This document shows, one piece after another, positions 24,153 through 31,522 of a stretch of 31,522 nt of DNA. Each line of letters opens with the position of its first letter. The first letter of the stretch is position 1. The notes beneath the pieces are model-generated. The model worked only from the letters and a program-made list of their open reading frames with translations. It made no database searches and was not told the origin of the DNA. A program made the position numbers and the translations under genes. Origin of the DNA: a virus (taxonomy: Duplodnaviria; Caudoviricetes); the IMG/VR virus record IMGVR_UViG_3300028138_000009, positions 1-31,522 of that record, one strand, 5' to 3'.

Positions 24153-26294
24153 TTATCCCTTTAGCGCTTTCGGTGGATTGTGTTTTGCTTTGGCCGCTTC
24201 TGCTACTTCTGTAGGATGTTTCATGCCAAAAGCGGACTGGAATAATGCGTGTACGGCCTCCGGCGTGAGAACTTTGGCCAGCGCAGCCGCGAGAACCTTC
24301 GTATCGTCTTTTTCTGCATTGATGGTTTGATTCGATTGTAGGCGTTCTGTCTGCATCTGCATTTTCATCATCATCTCCGCCTGATGTTGCTGCTGCAAGC
24401 TCTGTTGTTCCTGCGGTGTCATTTGGCGCATGAGCGTCATTGCTGGCAGGTCATATGCATCAGATACGAGCTGATCTATATTCTTAAGGTCGGCTGTCAT
24501 GCCGATCATGTTCGCCTGCGCTTGGAATGCTGGGTTCAGGTAAGAAGTAAGAATGAAATTTATCCCGCCTGATTGCAAATTCTGTTTTGTCTTCATGCGC
24601 TGCGATGCTGTCACTTTGAAATGCACGTCCGCATTCAGAACGTCCAGAGGATCTAGTTCAAACAGTTGCGCGTCTGGCCCCAAGATTTGCTGCACCTGAG
24701 ACGGATCAAGGTAAATCTTATTGAGCGCCAGAAGGATGTACAGGAACGGCTCTAATACCTGGTCTTCAAGGTTTGAAACCTGATAACCAATTCTTCCAGA
24801 TGCAGCAACTTGCTTGGATTGGATTCCTGTGGCTGTTCGTCCGCTGGAGTCTCCGCCTGCGGTTGCGACTCCATAAGCGGCGGCGTCTGTATTTCCTGTG
24901 AGCTTTTGGACTCTTTGATCGATTGCACTGATTTCGGCAAAGGCTTGCGGATTGACCGCGCCCATCTCCATTCTTACGATGTCTTCTCTTGGATTGTCCT
25001 GTACTTCCCAGCTTGCTCCGGGGTGAAACCGCTTCCCGCTTGTTCCCATCATTGCCCCGCGTTTGCGGATGATCGGAGGATGCAGAATGATATTCAATTC
25101 ATCGATGCGGTCATTCAAGATCGACATGGCCAGCTTGTGATCCCCTTCGACTAAATCAGGAATGCTGTATCCAAGGAAACGGCCCAGCATGTCGATATAG
25201 AAAACATTAAGGTGAGGAATGATCCCATAGGGATTGCATTCGTTGAAGAAAGTCCACTCGCGGCCCAGCACTTCAACATGTCGATTTGGACGCCAGTAAC
25301 GCAGAACTTCAATCTTGGCAAGAGCAGGATCGACAGACTTGTTCATCGTAGGGGTATATGTGTTGCCGCGATATGCTTCCGCCGTCTGCTTTGATTGATC
25401 GCCTTGCGTGTAAAATTTCTTGGTTGCCAAATTCTGCAATGCCTTATCATCTGGCAACTTGAATCCCGACTCTGGATTGCTGGCTATGCTCTTGATTTCT
25501 TCAATAGTCAACATGTGCCGCGTAACGGTATAACGTGCCTCTTGGGGATTGGGGCTGGGGCAGTCAGGCTCCCAATAGAAATCTCTTGTGTCGATGTTCT
25601 GCACAAGTGGGCGAGATATGACGCGCTTATCCTGCCGCATACTGGAAACCATTTTCAGTTTCCCTGTTGGGAATTGCTGTGTTTCGCCAGTCTGAGGATT
25701 GATTACGTCGGTGGTTTCTGCTACCGCATGACGGTAATATACATTGCGATTTACTTCCTGCAAAAACCAGCCCATTTCAGGGATTCCAGCGCCATACGTG
25801 AGAGCTGATTTATTAGCGCGGCGAAATACTTCGCGCACCGTCAAGAACTGCCCCGGTTTTCCCAGATCTCTCAACTGAGAAGCCAACAGATTACGCACAG
25901 CAAATGCCTGCGCAAGAGTGGTTCCAGGTTGAGGCGTAGCAGCGAACGGAGGATCTTCTCCGAAAATAGAATCAATGAGGCGGCTTTGCAGGACTTCGAT
26001 TTCTTGCAGCGCAATGAATACGGGAACAGATGAACGCTGGACTTTAGTTCCTTCCCAGAATTTCTTTTCAACCCAGCCCGTCAGAAGTTTTTCAGCTTCG
26101 CGGAAACGCCGATCATGATTTGCTGATCGATAAGCCTCTGCAATCTGAAAATCTCGCACGGCCACCTTAAGCGCGAAATCATCTTTCCATTCCTGCGGAT
26201 CGGTCTGAACGGTTTTTTCTTCTTGGGATGTAAGCGCTAGATTGGGCGGCGCATTCAGGGTTTGCGGATTGGGGGTAATTGGTTCAGTGGCCAT
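24153..26294 (-). CDS. Portal protein (podovirus type)
   Basis: 713 aa after TerL; DFYWEP, FLGYSIPD, RTATGI motif, Gln/Met-rich C-terminal barrel helix. Confidence 0.88.
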   Translation of the reverse strand: MATEPITPNPQTLNAPPNLALTSQEEKTVQTDPQEWKDDFALKVAVRDFQIAEAYRSANHDRRFREAEKLLTGWVEKKFWEGTKVQRSSVPVFIALQEIEVLQSRLIDSIFGEDPPFAATPQPGTTLAQAFAVRNLLASQLRDLGKPGQFLTVREVFRRANKSALTYGAGIPEMGWFLQEVNRNVYYRHAVAETTDVINPQTGETQQFPTGKLKMVSSMRQDKRVISRPLVQNIDTRDFYWEPDCPSPNPQEARYTVTRHMLTIEEIKSIASNPESGFKLPDDKALQNLATKKFYTQGDQSKQTAEAYRGNTYTPTMNKSVDPALAKIEVLRYWRPNRHVEVLGREWTFFNECNPYGIIPHLNVFYIDMLGRFLGYSIPDLVEGDHKLAMSILNDRIDELNIILHPPIIRKRGAMMGTSGKRFHPGASWEVQDNPREDIVRMEMGAVNPQAFAEISAIDQRVQKLTGNTDAAAYGVATAGGDSSGRTATGIQSKQVAASGRIGYQVSNLEDQVLEPFLYILLALNKIYLDPSQVQQILGPDAQLFELDPLDVLNADVHFKVTASQRMKTKQNLQSGGINFILTSYLNPAFQAQANMIGMTADLKNIDQLVSDAYDLPAMTLMRQMTPQEQQSLQQQHQAEMMMKMQMQTERLQSNQTINAEKDDTKVLAAALAKVLTPEAVHALFQSAFGMKHPTEVAEAAKAKHNPPKALKG

Positions 26295-26297
26295 TTA

Positions 26298-28094
26298 TTA
26301 CCAAGGCTGAAAAATTGTCGAATATTCCGGGTCTTCTTCTGGCAGTCCATTCAGCGCGGCCATGCTCAGATTTGCGGTTGGAATGCCTTTCCATTCTTTC
26401 ACTTGTCCGTCCGCGTCTGGTGGCGAGTCTAACTCACTTGCCTGTCTTCCTTCAACATCAAAAGTTATGCCGTCTCTGGATTGGAGGGCATCAGCGATAG
26501 TGTCGAGGATGTCGTCATGGTTATACTTTGGGAAATATAGAGCCTCCAGTTCGAGTTGGTTACGAGCTGCGGGGTCGATATCATCACAAAATACGAAGGC
26601 TGATTGCTTCCAGTACGGCTGAGTTCCTCTGATTCGGTGGACTTTGGACGCGATATTGTCACGGTTTAGCTCCATTACAGGCAGGAATATCCCACGCTTT
26701 GCCATCACTTTGCGGAGAAATGGTAGGAGGACGCGGGCATGGGCCTCTTTCTCGATCTTGAAAAACATGATACGCGGCTGATAAGCCCAGAGGGAGAACA
26801 TTTCCTCAATCACCTGATCCGGCGTCATGCGGCCCCAGCGCAGCTTATCGAAATAGCAGCGGCCATCTGTACCCCAGCCGTGCAGGTTCAGGCAGCAATA
26901 ATCAATGTCTCCTCCCTGCTTTGGCTCCATTCCGTTCAAGTCGATGGTGCAATTCCAGTTGATACGCGGAGAGAGGTTATCCAGCACTTTGCGCGGAATC
27001 CAGCGGATATCCGACTTCGATGTAATCAGGCCGTCTTTATCCTGCAATGGCTTCAAGAGGTATTGCGGATACAGGACTCCAGGGCCGAGGGCTGGATCAC
27101 GTTCAATCTTTTGCAGCGCTTCAATGCTGATACGCTTTGGCCACCAGACATGCTTTTTCACCAGCAATTGAAACTTCGATTCTGCCTGTAGCCACATCGC
27201 CTCCGATCCGCTGCGCTTTGCTTCCCGTGCTTTGTCTAGTGCGGCGGAGCAAGTCTCATAATCTGAACAGGCCGGGATATGCAGAACACACCATTCCTGA
27301 TCTTCTCGCGGCTTTTTCACTTCTGATTCATAGATGGTGTGATGTGGATCACTGAAATTATAGATTGTTCCGGTGAGGTTAAACCAGCCATGCCCCGGTG
27401 CAAGTTCTGAAGTTTCCACGAGCGGCCAGAGCGATGAAATAAACTTGCGCGTCTGTTCAATGCTGCCCGGTGTGCGCGTGTTCTGATCTTCTACGCCGTC
27501 ATCAATGTCCACCATTTCATAGTGACCACCAGCCACGGATGAGTCAGCGGACGCAACGCGGGCGGTCGGCTCTTTCAGTTCTTTACGGCGGCATGGAATG
27601 ATGAACTGTTCTGAGTCTCCAAAGTCTTCTAACTTTCCGGATGCGGAAACTTTTGGGCAGTATTCAGGGAACAGCCAGCGGAACAATTGATTCTTTATGA
27701 ATGGCTGCTTGATGCCTCGCAGGAAATCCTTTGCGCGTCCCATCTGCGCGGAGCCAATCAAAAGGCGGATGTCGGGATAATTGAGGATTGCCTGAATCTT
27801 GTGATCTTGCGTAATGATTGTGGTTTTGAGTCCGCCGCGAGTGACAAGCGTGAGAGTCTTGCGCGGCCCCTGCAATTCCCAGATGGAGCACTTCGGAGCA
27901 TATCCGGACCCGGTTTCAACGCTCACATAATTTAGCGGCTCTGTGCCGCCTTGAAACTTTTGCAGGTGATTGATGATCCGCATGTGAGGCGCGGAAACAT
28001 CTTTGTGGCCCAAGACCCTGCATAATCTCCAAAGGTCGGTTCTGCACTCTTGGCGCATACGCTTCCAATCGGAGATATTGAATTGTTCAGCCAA
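26298..28094 (-). CDS. terL: Terminase large subunit
   Basis: TRGGLKTT (Walker A variant), GGHYEMVDIDD (Walker B), GT coupling motif, nuclease IDLNG...DY and FPKYNHDDILD. Confidence 0.92.
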   Translation of the reverse strand: MAEQFNISDWKRMRQECRTDLWRLCRVLGHKDVSAPHMRIINHLQKFQGGTEPLNYVSVETGSGYAPKCSIWELQGPRKTLTLVTRGGLKTTIITQDHKIQAILNYPDIRLLIGSAQMGRAKDFLRGIKQPFIKNQLFRWLFPEYCPKVSASGKLEDFGDSEQFIIPCRRKELKEPTARVASADSSVAGGHYEMVDIDDGVEDQNTRTPGSIEQTRKFISSLWPLVETSELAPGHGWFNLTGTIYNFSDPHHTIYESEVKKPREDQEWCVLHIPACSDYETCSAALDKAREAKRSGSEAMWLQAESKFQLLVKKHVWWPKRISIEALQKIERDPALGPGVLYPQYLLKPLQDKDGLITSKSDIRWIPRKVLDNLSPRINWNCTIDLNGMEPKQGGDIDYCCLNLHGWGTDGRCYFDKLRWGRMTPDQVIEEMFSLWAYQPRIMFFKIEKEAHARVLLPFLRKVMAKRGIFLPVMELNRDNIASKVHRIRGTQPYWKQSAFVFCDDIDPAARNQLELEALYFPKYNHDDILDTIADALQSRDGITFDVEGRQASELDSPPDADGQVKEWKGIPTANLSMAALNGLPEEDPEYSTIFQPW

Positions 28095-28698
28095 GGGTCA
28101 ATTCTGACACTGTTACAAATTTCTTGTGCGAATATTTTTGCAGGATAATTTCAACGGCTTCGACCGTGTGCGATCTGTCCGCGCCCAACTTGTCTGGTGC
28201 TCCATCGTGCATGAGTACTATTTCTCCTTTTTCGGTATCCAGGTTGATGCTGTTTACAATTTCTTCAACTGGAGGAGAAACCCAATCGCCGCAGGACTGT
28301 GACCACAGGACAGTGTTCATATTCCATAGAACCGAACCAATTTCATCTACCACACATGGAAATCTTCCGAACGGGGGGCGCACTAGCACTGGAAGCATTC
28401 CTCCAGTCGCATTAGTGATAGCAAATTGGCATTCATTTATCTCTTTCGCCAATTGCTCACGGCTGACGGAATCTGCCGCCGCATGATTCATGGTGTGATT
28501 GCCGATCTCATGGCCATCATCATAGACTTGCCGCGCAATGTCGGGCTGTTCTTTGACCCATTTGCCGAGCATGAAAAATGTTGCCTTGGCTTTGTGCTTT
28601 GCGAGTATATGCAAGAGCATGGATGTATCGCACATGTTTGGCCCATCATCAAACGTGAGCGCTACCTGTGATGGATCGGAGCCATGAGTGATTATCAT
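28087..28698 (-). CDS. NodB/CE4 polysaccharide deacetylase
   Basis: All five CE4 motifs: TFDDGP, HTMNH, RPPFG, DW, LMHD; no signal peptide. Confidence 0.95.
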   Translation of the reverse strand: MIITHGSDPSQVALTFDDGPNMCDTSMLLHILAKHKAKATFFMLGKWVKEQPDIARQVYDDGHEIGNHTMNHAAADSVSREQLAKEINECQFAITNATGGMLPVLVRPPFGRFPCVVDEIGSVLWNMNTVLWSQSCGDWVSPPVEEIVNSINLDTEKGEIVLMHDGAPDKLGADRSHTVEAVEIILQKYSHKKFVTVSELTLG

Positions 28699-28919
28699 GC
28701 TGTACGTCCAGATATTAGGGCCGCCATTCCCTGTTTATTTTCCTCGCGGAATTCTGCCCATGCCTGATCTATATCAACGCAGTCCCATCCGGCATAGAAC
28801 CACCAATCCAACCAGTAATTCTCATAAAAGGGAGAGGCGCGCTCGAAACCCTTGGCCTTTGCCATTTTGCCGGATTCATACGCTTTGCGATATTTTATCG
28901 CTGTCTTTTTTTCGATCAA
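28695..28919 (-). CDS. Ribosome modulation factor (Rmf/CrpP)-fold-like protein
   Basis: AYESGKMAKAKG...SPFY...WWFYAGW matches the AY..G..A...G....PY....W..GW pattern. Confidence 0.6.
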   Translation of the reverse strand: MIEKKTAIKYRKAYESGKMAKAKGFERASPFYENYWLDWWFYAGWDCVDIDQAWAEFREENKQGMAALISGRTA

Positions 28920-29164
28920 TGGCTTATCATCCGCGTTATTTTTTCATCCTGTGCCGCCTGCGCGGACATGGCCCGACTCTGCCCGAAGTGATATTGCGCT
29001 TCACAATAGCGTGTGGCCTGCGCGAGAACATTCAACACCAAATCCAGGTTGTGCATGTCTCCGCCGAGCGCAAGTTTTCCGGTTGTAAGGTCATACTCCA
29101 GAGTGAGCCGCGTGACTTTTCCGGTGCCGACTGGAGTTCCGTTTAGAGTGGTAATCTCAGGCAT
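28916..29164 (-). CDS. 82-aa hypothetical protein
   Basis: AAGGA upstream; overlaps neighbours at both ends. Confidence 0.65.
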   Translation of the reverse strand: MPEITTLNGTPVGTGKVTRLTLEYDLTTGKLALGGDMHNLDLVLNVLAQATRYCEAQYHFGQSRAMSAQAAQDEKITRMISH

Positions 29165-29669
29165 TTTTTCCTTTCAGCATGAATATTCTGTGCTCATGCT
29201 CTCCATAGCTCAGGTGAAAATCTTCGAGCACTTTGAACTGCAACTCTATCCATGTAATCAGTTCGGCGGTAGACGGCATAACCGAAATTGAAATTGCGGA
29301 AAATCGCGCAAATCCCAAATATCTCTGGAGCAGAAAAACTGGTTCCGGCATGTAATAGAGGGATTCGCAGAATACGATGCAGTCATACTGCCTCATCGGT
29401 GTAAGGGTGCCGACATCTTCCTTGATTCCATATGGAGGATCAATTCCTATGTCGATGCCGAAATATTCAGCGCGCAAATTGTAAATAAAATCTCTCAATA
29501 TGCATTGCCCGCAACCCAGATCGAGAATAGATTGGCATTTATATTTACGAATTAGCGCGGCAATGATGGCATAATGCGCGGTAAATTCTTTCAGCCGATC
29601 CCAGGAGCCGGAGCGGTATTGCTCATCCCACTGCTCTGGAGTGACGCGGATAATTGGCTCACTCGCCAT
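29157..29669 (-). CDS. Class I SAM-dependent methyltransferase (small-molecule/sugar type)
   Basis: WDEQY, ILDLGCGQ, YFGIDI, YDCIVFCESLYY; start moved to MASEP (GAGG upstream). Confidence 0.85.
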   Translation of the reverse strand: MASEPIIRVTPEQWDEQYRSGSWDRLKEFTAHYAIIAALIRKYKCQSILDLGCGQCILRDFIYNLRAEYFGIDIGIDPPYGIKEDVGTLTPMRQYDCIVFCESLYYMPEPVFLLQRYLGFARFSAISISVMPSTAELITWIELQFKVLEDFHLSYGEHEHRIFMLKGKNA

Positions 29670-29946
29670 CTGCGGGCCTCTCTTCTCCGAAAACTTGTTT
29701 GAGGGAATCGGCGGACGGAGCAGGCATTGAGAATGTTCCGCCAGCAACTTTCTTTTCTGGGATGTAGCGGCCATTGGTGCATATCCAATCAATATAGGAC
29801 AATCGCACAGAGTAGTCGGGTATAGCTCCATCCTTTGAAGCTTTCTCCGCCTTCAACCCTTCGAGTAGAAGCTTCCCCAAATCTTCCACTTTTATTTCGG
29901 CCTGTATCCAGCTTTCAATTTCTTTGTGGACTTTTTTCGCGCTCAA
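29659..29946 (-). CDS. Possible terminase small subunit
   Basis: Helical 95 aa with EGLKAEK...PDYSVRL; near the operon start upstream of TerL; no other TerS candidate seen. Confidence 0.4.
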   Translation of the reverse strand: MSAKKVHKEIESWIQAEIKVEDLGKLLLEGLKAEKASKDGAIPDYSVRLSYIDWICTNGRYIPEKKVAGGTFSMPAPSADSLKQVFGEERPADGE

Positions 29947-30131
29947 GGCTTCATCGCTTTCGCAATAGCGGCAGCTTCATGCATATCTTGCCAAGTTTGT
30001 TGACGTTCAAGCAGAGAGCGGAGAGGAGAACCGCGAGAGAGTTTTCCGAACCACAGCCCAGCCGCGCCGCAATCAATGGTCATTTCGGTGTCCTCCGGTA
30101 AGTCGAAGATGCTGAATGTATTTGCGGACAT
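29943..30131 (-). CDS. 62-aa hypothetical protein
   Basis: MSANTF start 1 nt after the upstream stop; ATGA coupling downstream. Confidence 0.55.
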   Translation of the reverse strand: MSANTFSIFDLPEDTEMTIDCGAAGLWFGKLSRGSPLRSLLERQQTWQDMHEAAAIAKAMKP

Positions 30132-30132
30132 T

Positions 30133-30285
30133 TTAAACCTTCTTCCGTTTCGCCCATCTCGCGGTAACGGCAATTCGCGCAATCTCGCGTCGGCGGGCAG
30201 GACTCAGCTTCGCAGCGCGGGCCAGACCTCCCAATCTTGCTCCCTTAGCCGAAAGTACCTTCCCTGCCTCACTTGTCGTTACCAT
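30133..30285 (-). CDS. 50-aa basic GGxARA/RRxEIA small DNA-binding-like protein
   Basis: GARLGGLARAAKLSPARRREIARIAVTARW, a recurrent mobile-element small-protein motif; leaderless start. Confidence 0.75.
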   Translation of the reverse strand: MVTTSEAGKVLSAKGARLGGLARAAKLSPARRREIARIAVTARWAKRKKV

Positions 30286-30322
30286 GCTTTGTTTTCTATC
30301 ACAACATACTTGCACTAGCAAG
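30283..30322 (-). promoter_or_regulatory. Putative leaderless promoter of the packaging/virion operon
   Basis: TTGCTA(30321-30316)-17 nt-TAGAAA with extended TG-7 nt-ATG; CTTGC-N4-GCAAG (30309-30322) overlaps the -35. Confidence 0.5.
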
Positions 30323-30543
30323 GTAAAATCTCCAAAAACGCTGCGCTCTCAATCTAACCCTTGGCGGCAGGATTTCAGCCCCGGCAGGGGTGATCCCGGC
30401 GCGGGCCAATAAAAGGTACCGGGAAAAGTAGTACCTATAAGTTAATTCAATGAGATAGGAGCGCATCGCAAACAGTTCGCGGAGGTGGATGAGGGTGAGG
30501 TTGGCCTGGATTCCGTTAAGGGTGTGGGGTGCTGGGCTGGAAA

Positions 30544-30559
30544 TGTTCTACGTGGAACA
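30544..30559. promoter_or_regulatory. parS-like centromere palindrome
   Basis: TGTTCTACGTGGAACA, one mismatch from the parS variant TGTTCCACGTGGAACA; in non-coding DNA. Confidence 0.7.
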
Positions 30560-30598
30560 ATTTGCCGGACGTGGCTGGGTCAAGTGGTCAGGATATGC

Positions 30599-30636
30599 TT
30601 GACTTACAGCAAAAGTGCGCTATAGTTACAGCCATG
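30599..30636 (+). promoter_or_regulatory. Sigma70-type promoter, leaderless
   Basis: TTGACT-16 nt-TATAGT-7 nt-ATG(30634). Confidence 0.75.
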
Positions 30637-30861
30637 ATGACTTTTGATAAATACTGTAGCCGTGAACAGGTAGCCGTGCGCCGCGCTGAATTGGCTGCAA
30701 TGCTAGAGGCCAAGGAATTGGTCGGCAAGCTCGAGGGGTCATTTGATTCTTATCGCAGCCAAGGGGCGAGAGTGCTCCGCTCGGTTCGCCTGCGCTTATT
30801 GGGCGAGATTAACTCCGCAAGATGGTCGCTGGATAACGGCGGCAGAATGAGCGGCGAGTAA
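30634..30861 (+). CDS. 75-aa helical hypothetical protein
   Basis: MMTFDKY start fixed by the promoter; TAATG coupling to the next gene. Confidence 0.65.
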   Translation: MMTFDKYCSREQVAVRRAELAAMLEAKELVGKLEGSFDSYRSQGARVLRSVRLRLLGEINSARWSLDNGGRMSGE

Positions 30862-31043
30862 TGGCCATGCAGCGCATTCAGGTTTATCAGTGCTGGTGCG
30901 AGAACCCCGCCTGCAAGCGCGGCAAGAAGGGCTGGATTAGCCGCATTCCCATCGCCGCCACCTCTCATCCGCCCAAGATGTGCCCTTACTGTGGGGATAG
31001 ACGCTGGAATGTGCCGCGTAGTGATGCAGAATCGCCCAATTAG
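30861..31043 (+). CDS. 60-aa zinc-ribbon protein
   Basis: CWCENPAC...W...PPKMCPYCGDRRW. Confidence 0.7.
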   Translation: MAMQRIQVYQCWCENPACKRGKKGWISRIPIAATSHPPKMCPYCGDRRWNVPRSDAESPN

Positions 31044-31141
31044 CCTCATTCGACTGCTTGGTAGTGGTAAGGTGGCCTGAAATTGGCTGGGCCGCTTAAA
31101 TCGAATCCTGACAAGGCTTAGAGGCTAGGGGATTACCGCTC

Positions 31142-31501
31142 TCAGATTGGGCTTATTGTGAATTCCGTCCGCGGCGCATACCAATCGCGGTGTTTTTCGA
31201 TGTTTATCCGTTTGACCGCGGCATCTGACTTGATTACGCCGCAATCTACCAGGGAATCCAAGCAAACCTTGCCGAAATTGTCCGCATCCCCGCGGCCACC
31301 CTTGCCCAGATAGACCCTGATTCTGACTTCGCAATCCGCGGCCCCAAATACTGCTCCGCGGCGGAATATCCCAACCGCGGCTTTGAATGCCTTCGCTTCC
31401 GCGGTCACATAGAACCCGCGGCGCTTCCATATGGGGACCTTGTAGTGATTTACGCTCGGCGGAACCAGCGGCACCGTAAATCTGACCGCGGCGCAGCTCA
31501 A
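31142..31501 (-). CDS. rusA: RusA-family Holliday junction resolvase
   Basis: PPSVNHY N-terminus and the catalytic pattern DADNFGKVCLDSL...VIKSDAAV. Confidence 0.9.
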   Translation of the reverse strand: MSCAAVRFTVPLVPPSVNHYKVPIWKRRGFYVTAEAKAFKAAVGIFRRGAVFGAADCEVRIRVYLGKGGRGDADNFGKVCLDSLVDCGVIKSDAAVKRINIEKHRDWYAPRTEFTISPI

Positions 31502-31522
31502 TTGTGTCTCCTCACTCGCTCA

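Noticed and set aside
501-29291. Numerous other plus-strand and nested ORFs of 60-180 aa in the track
   Set aside because: They lie antisense to or within well-supported genes and lack an RBS, coupling or motifs
30437-30460. IHF-like or dif-like site TAAGTTAATTCAATGAGATAG
   Set aside because: Too many mismatches to either consensus
30493-30536. G-quadruplex from four GGG tracts
   Set aside because: The first loop is 24 nt, so the motif is weak; kept only as part of the G-skew observation
30529-30633. N-terminal extension MLGWKCSTWNN of the 110-aa plus-strand ORF
   Set aside because: It is the shadow translation of the parS palindrome and promoter; the likely start is ATG 30634
31069-31100. 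Terminator between the convergent zinc-ribbon and rusA genes
   Set aside because: The stem relies on several G.U pairs and has no U tract on the plus strand
1-31522. Stop-codon recoding, tRNA genes, CRISPR array, diversity-generating retroelement, integrase/att
   Set aside because: Genes tile the window fully in the standard code with all three stops used; no cloverleaf, regular repeat-spacer array, reverse transcriptase or recombinase motifs were seen by eye

Overview
The window is about 31.5 kb of a tailed dsDNA phage or prophage with a podovirus-type virion layout, in the standard genetic code, with almost all genes on the minus strand. Right to left: rusA; a small plus-strand island; a non-coding control region with a parS-like palindrome; then a long, tightly coupled operon with a possible small terminase, a SAM methyltransferase, an RMF-like protein, a NodB deacetylase, TerL, portal, scaffold, a GT2-like glycosyltransferase, an O-methyltransferase, an N4-gp56-like major capsid protein, decoration and fibre proteins, an adaptor, a gp10-like nozzle, a Hint-domain tail protein, a GNAT-fold protein, three ejection proteins and an overlapping membrane/polyproline cassette. 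The left end has a divergent leaderless-promoter switch and an operon ending in a C5-like methyltransferase and an SNF2-helicase/DNA-methyltransferase fusion. I could not recognise an integrase, endolysin, polymerase, tRNA or CRISPR array. Most notable: (1) a capsid-gene 5' leader with three different stems all capped by the same G[CGUUC]C loop; (2) four glycan-modifying or methylating enzymes embedded in the head module; (3) a compact, probably non-splicing Hint domain on a tail protein; (4) an antisense secreted 8-Cys peptide; (5) a hidden 10-proline micropeptide in a triple-overlap membrane cassette; (6) a GNAT domain on an ejection protein; (7) a host-type parS site. All product calls come from motifs and gene order read by eye; no searches were run.
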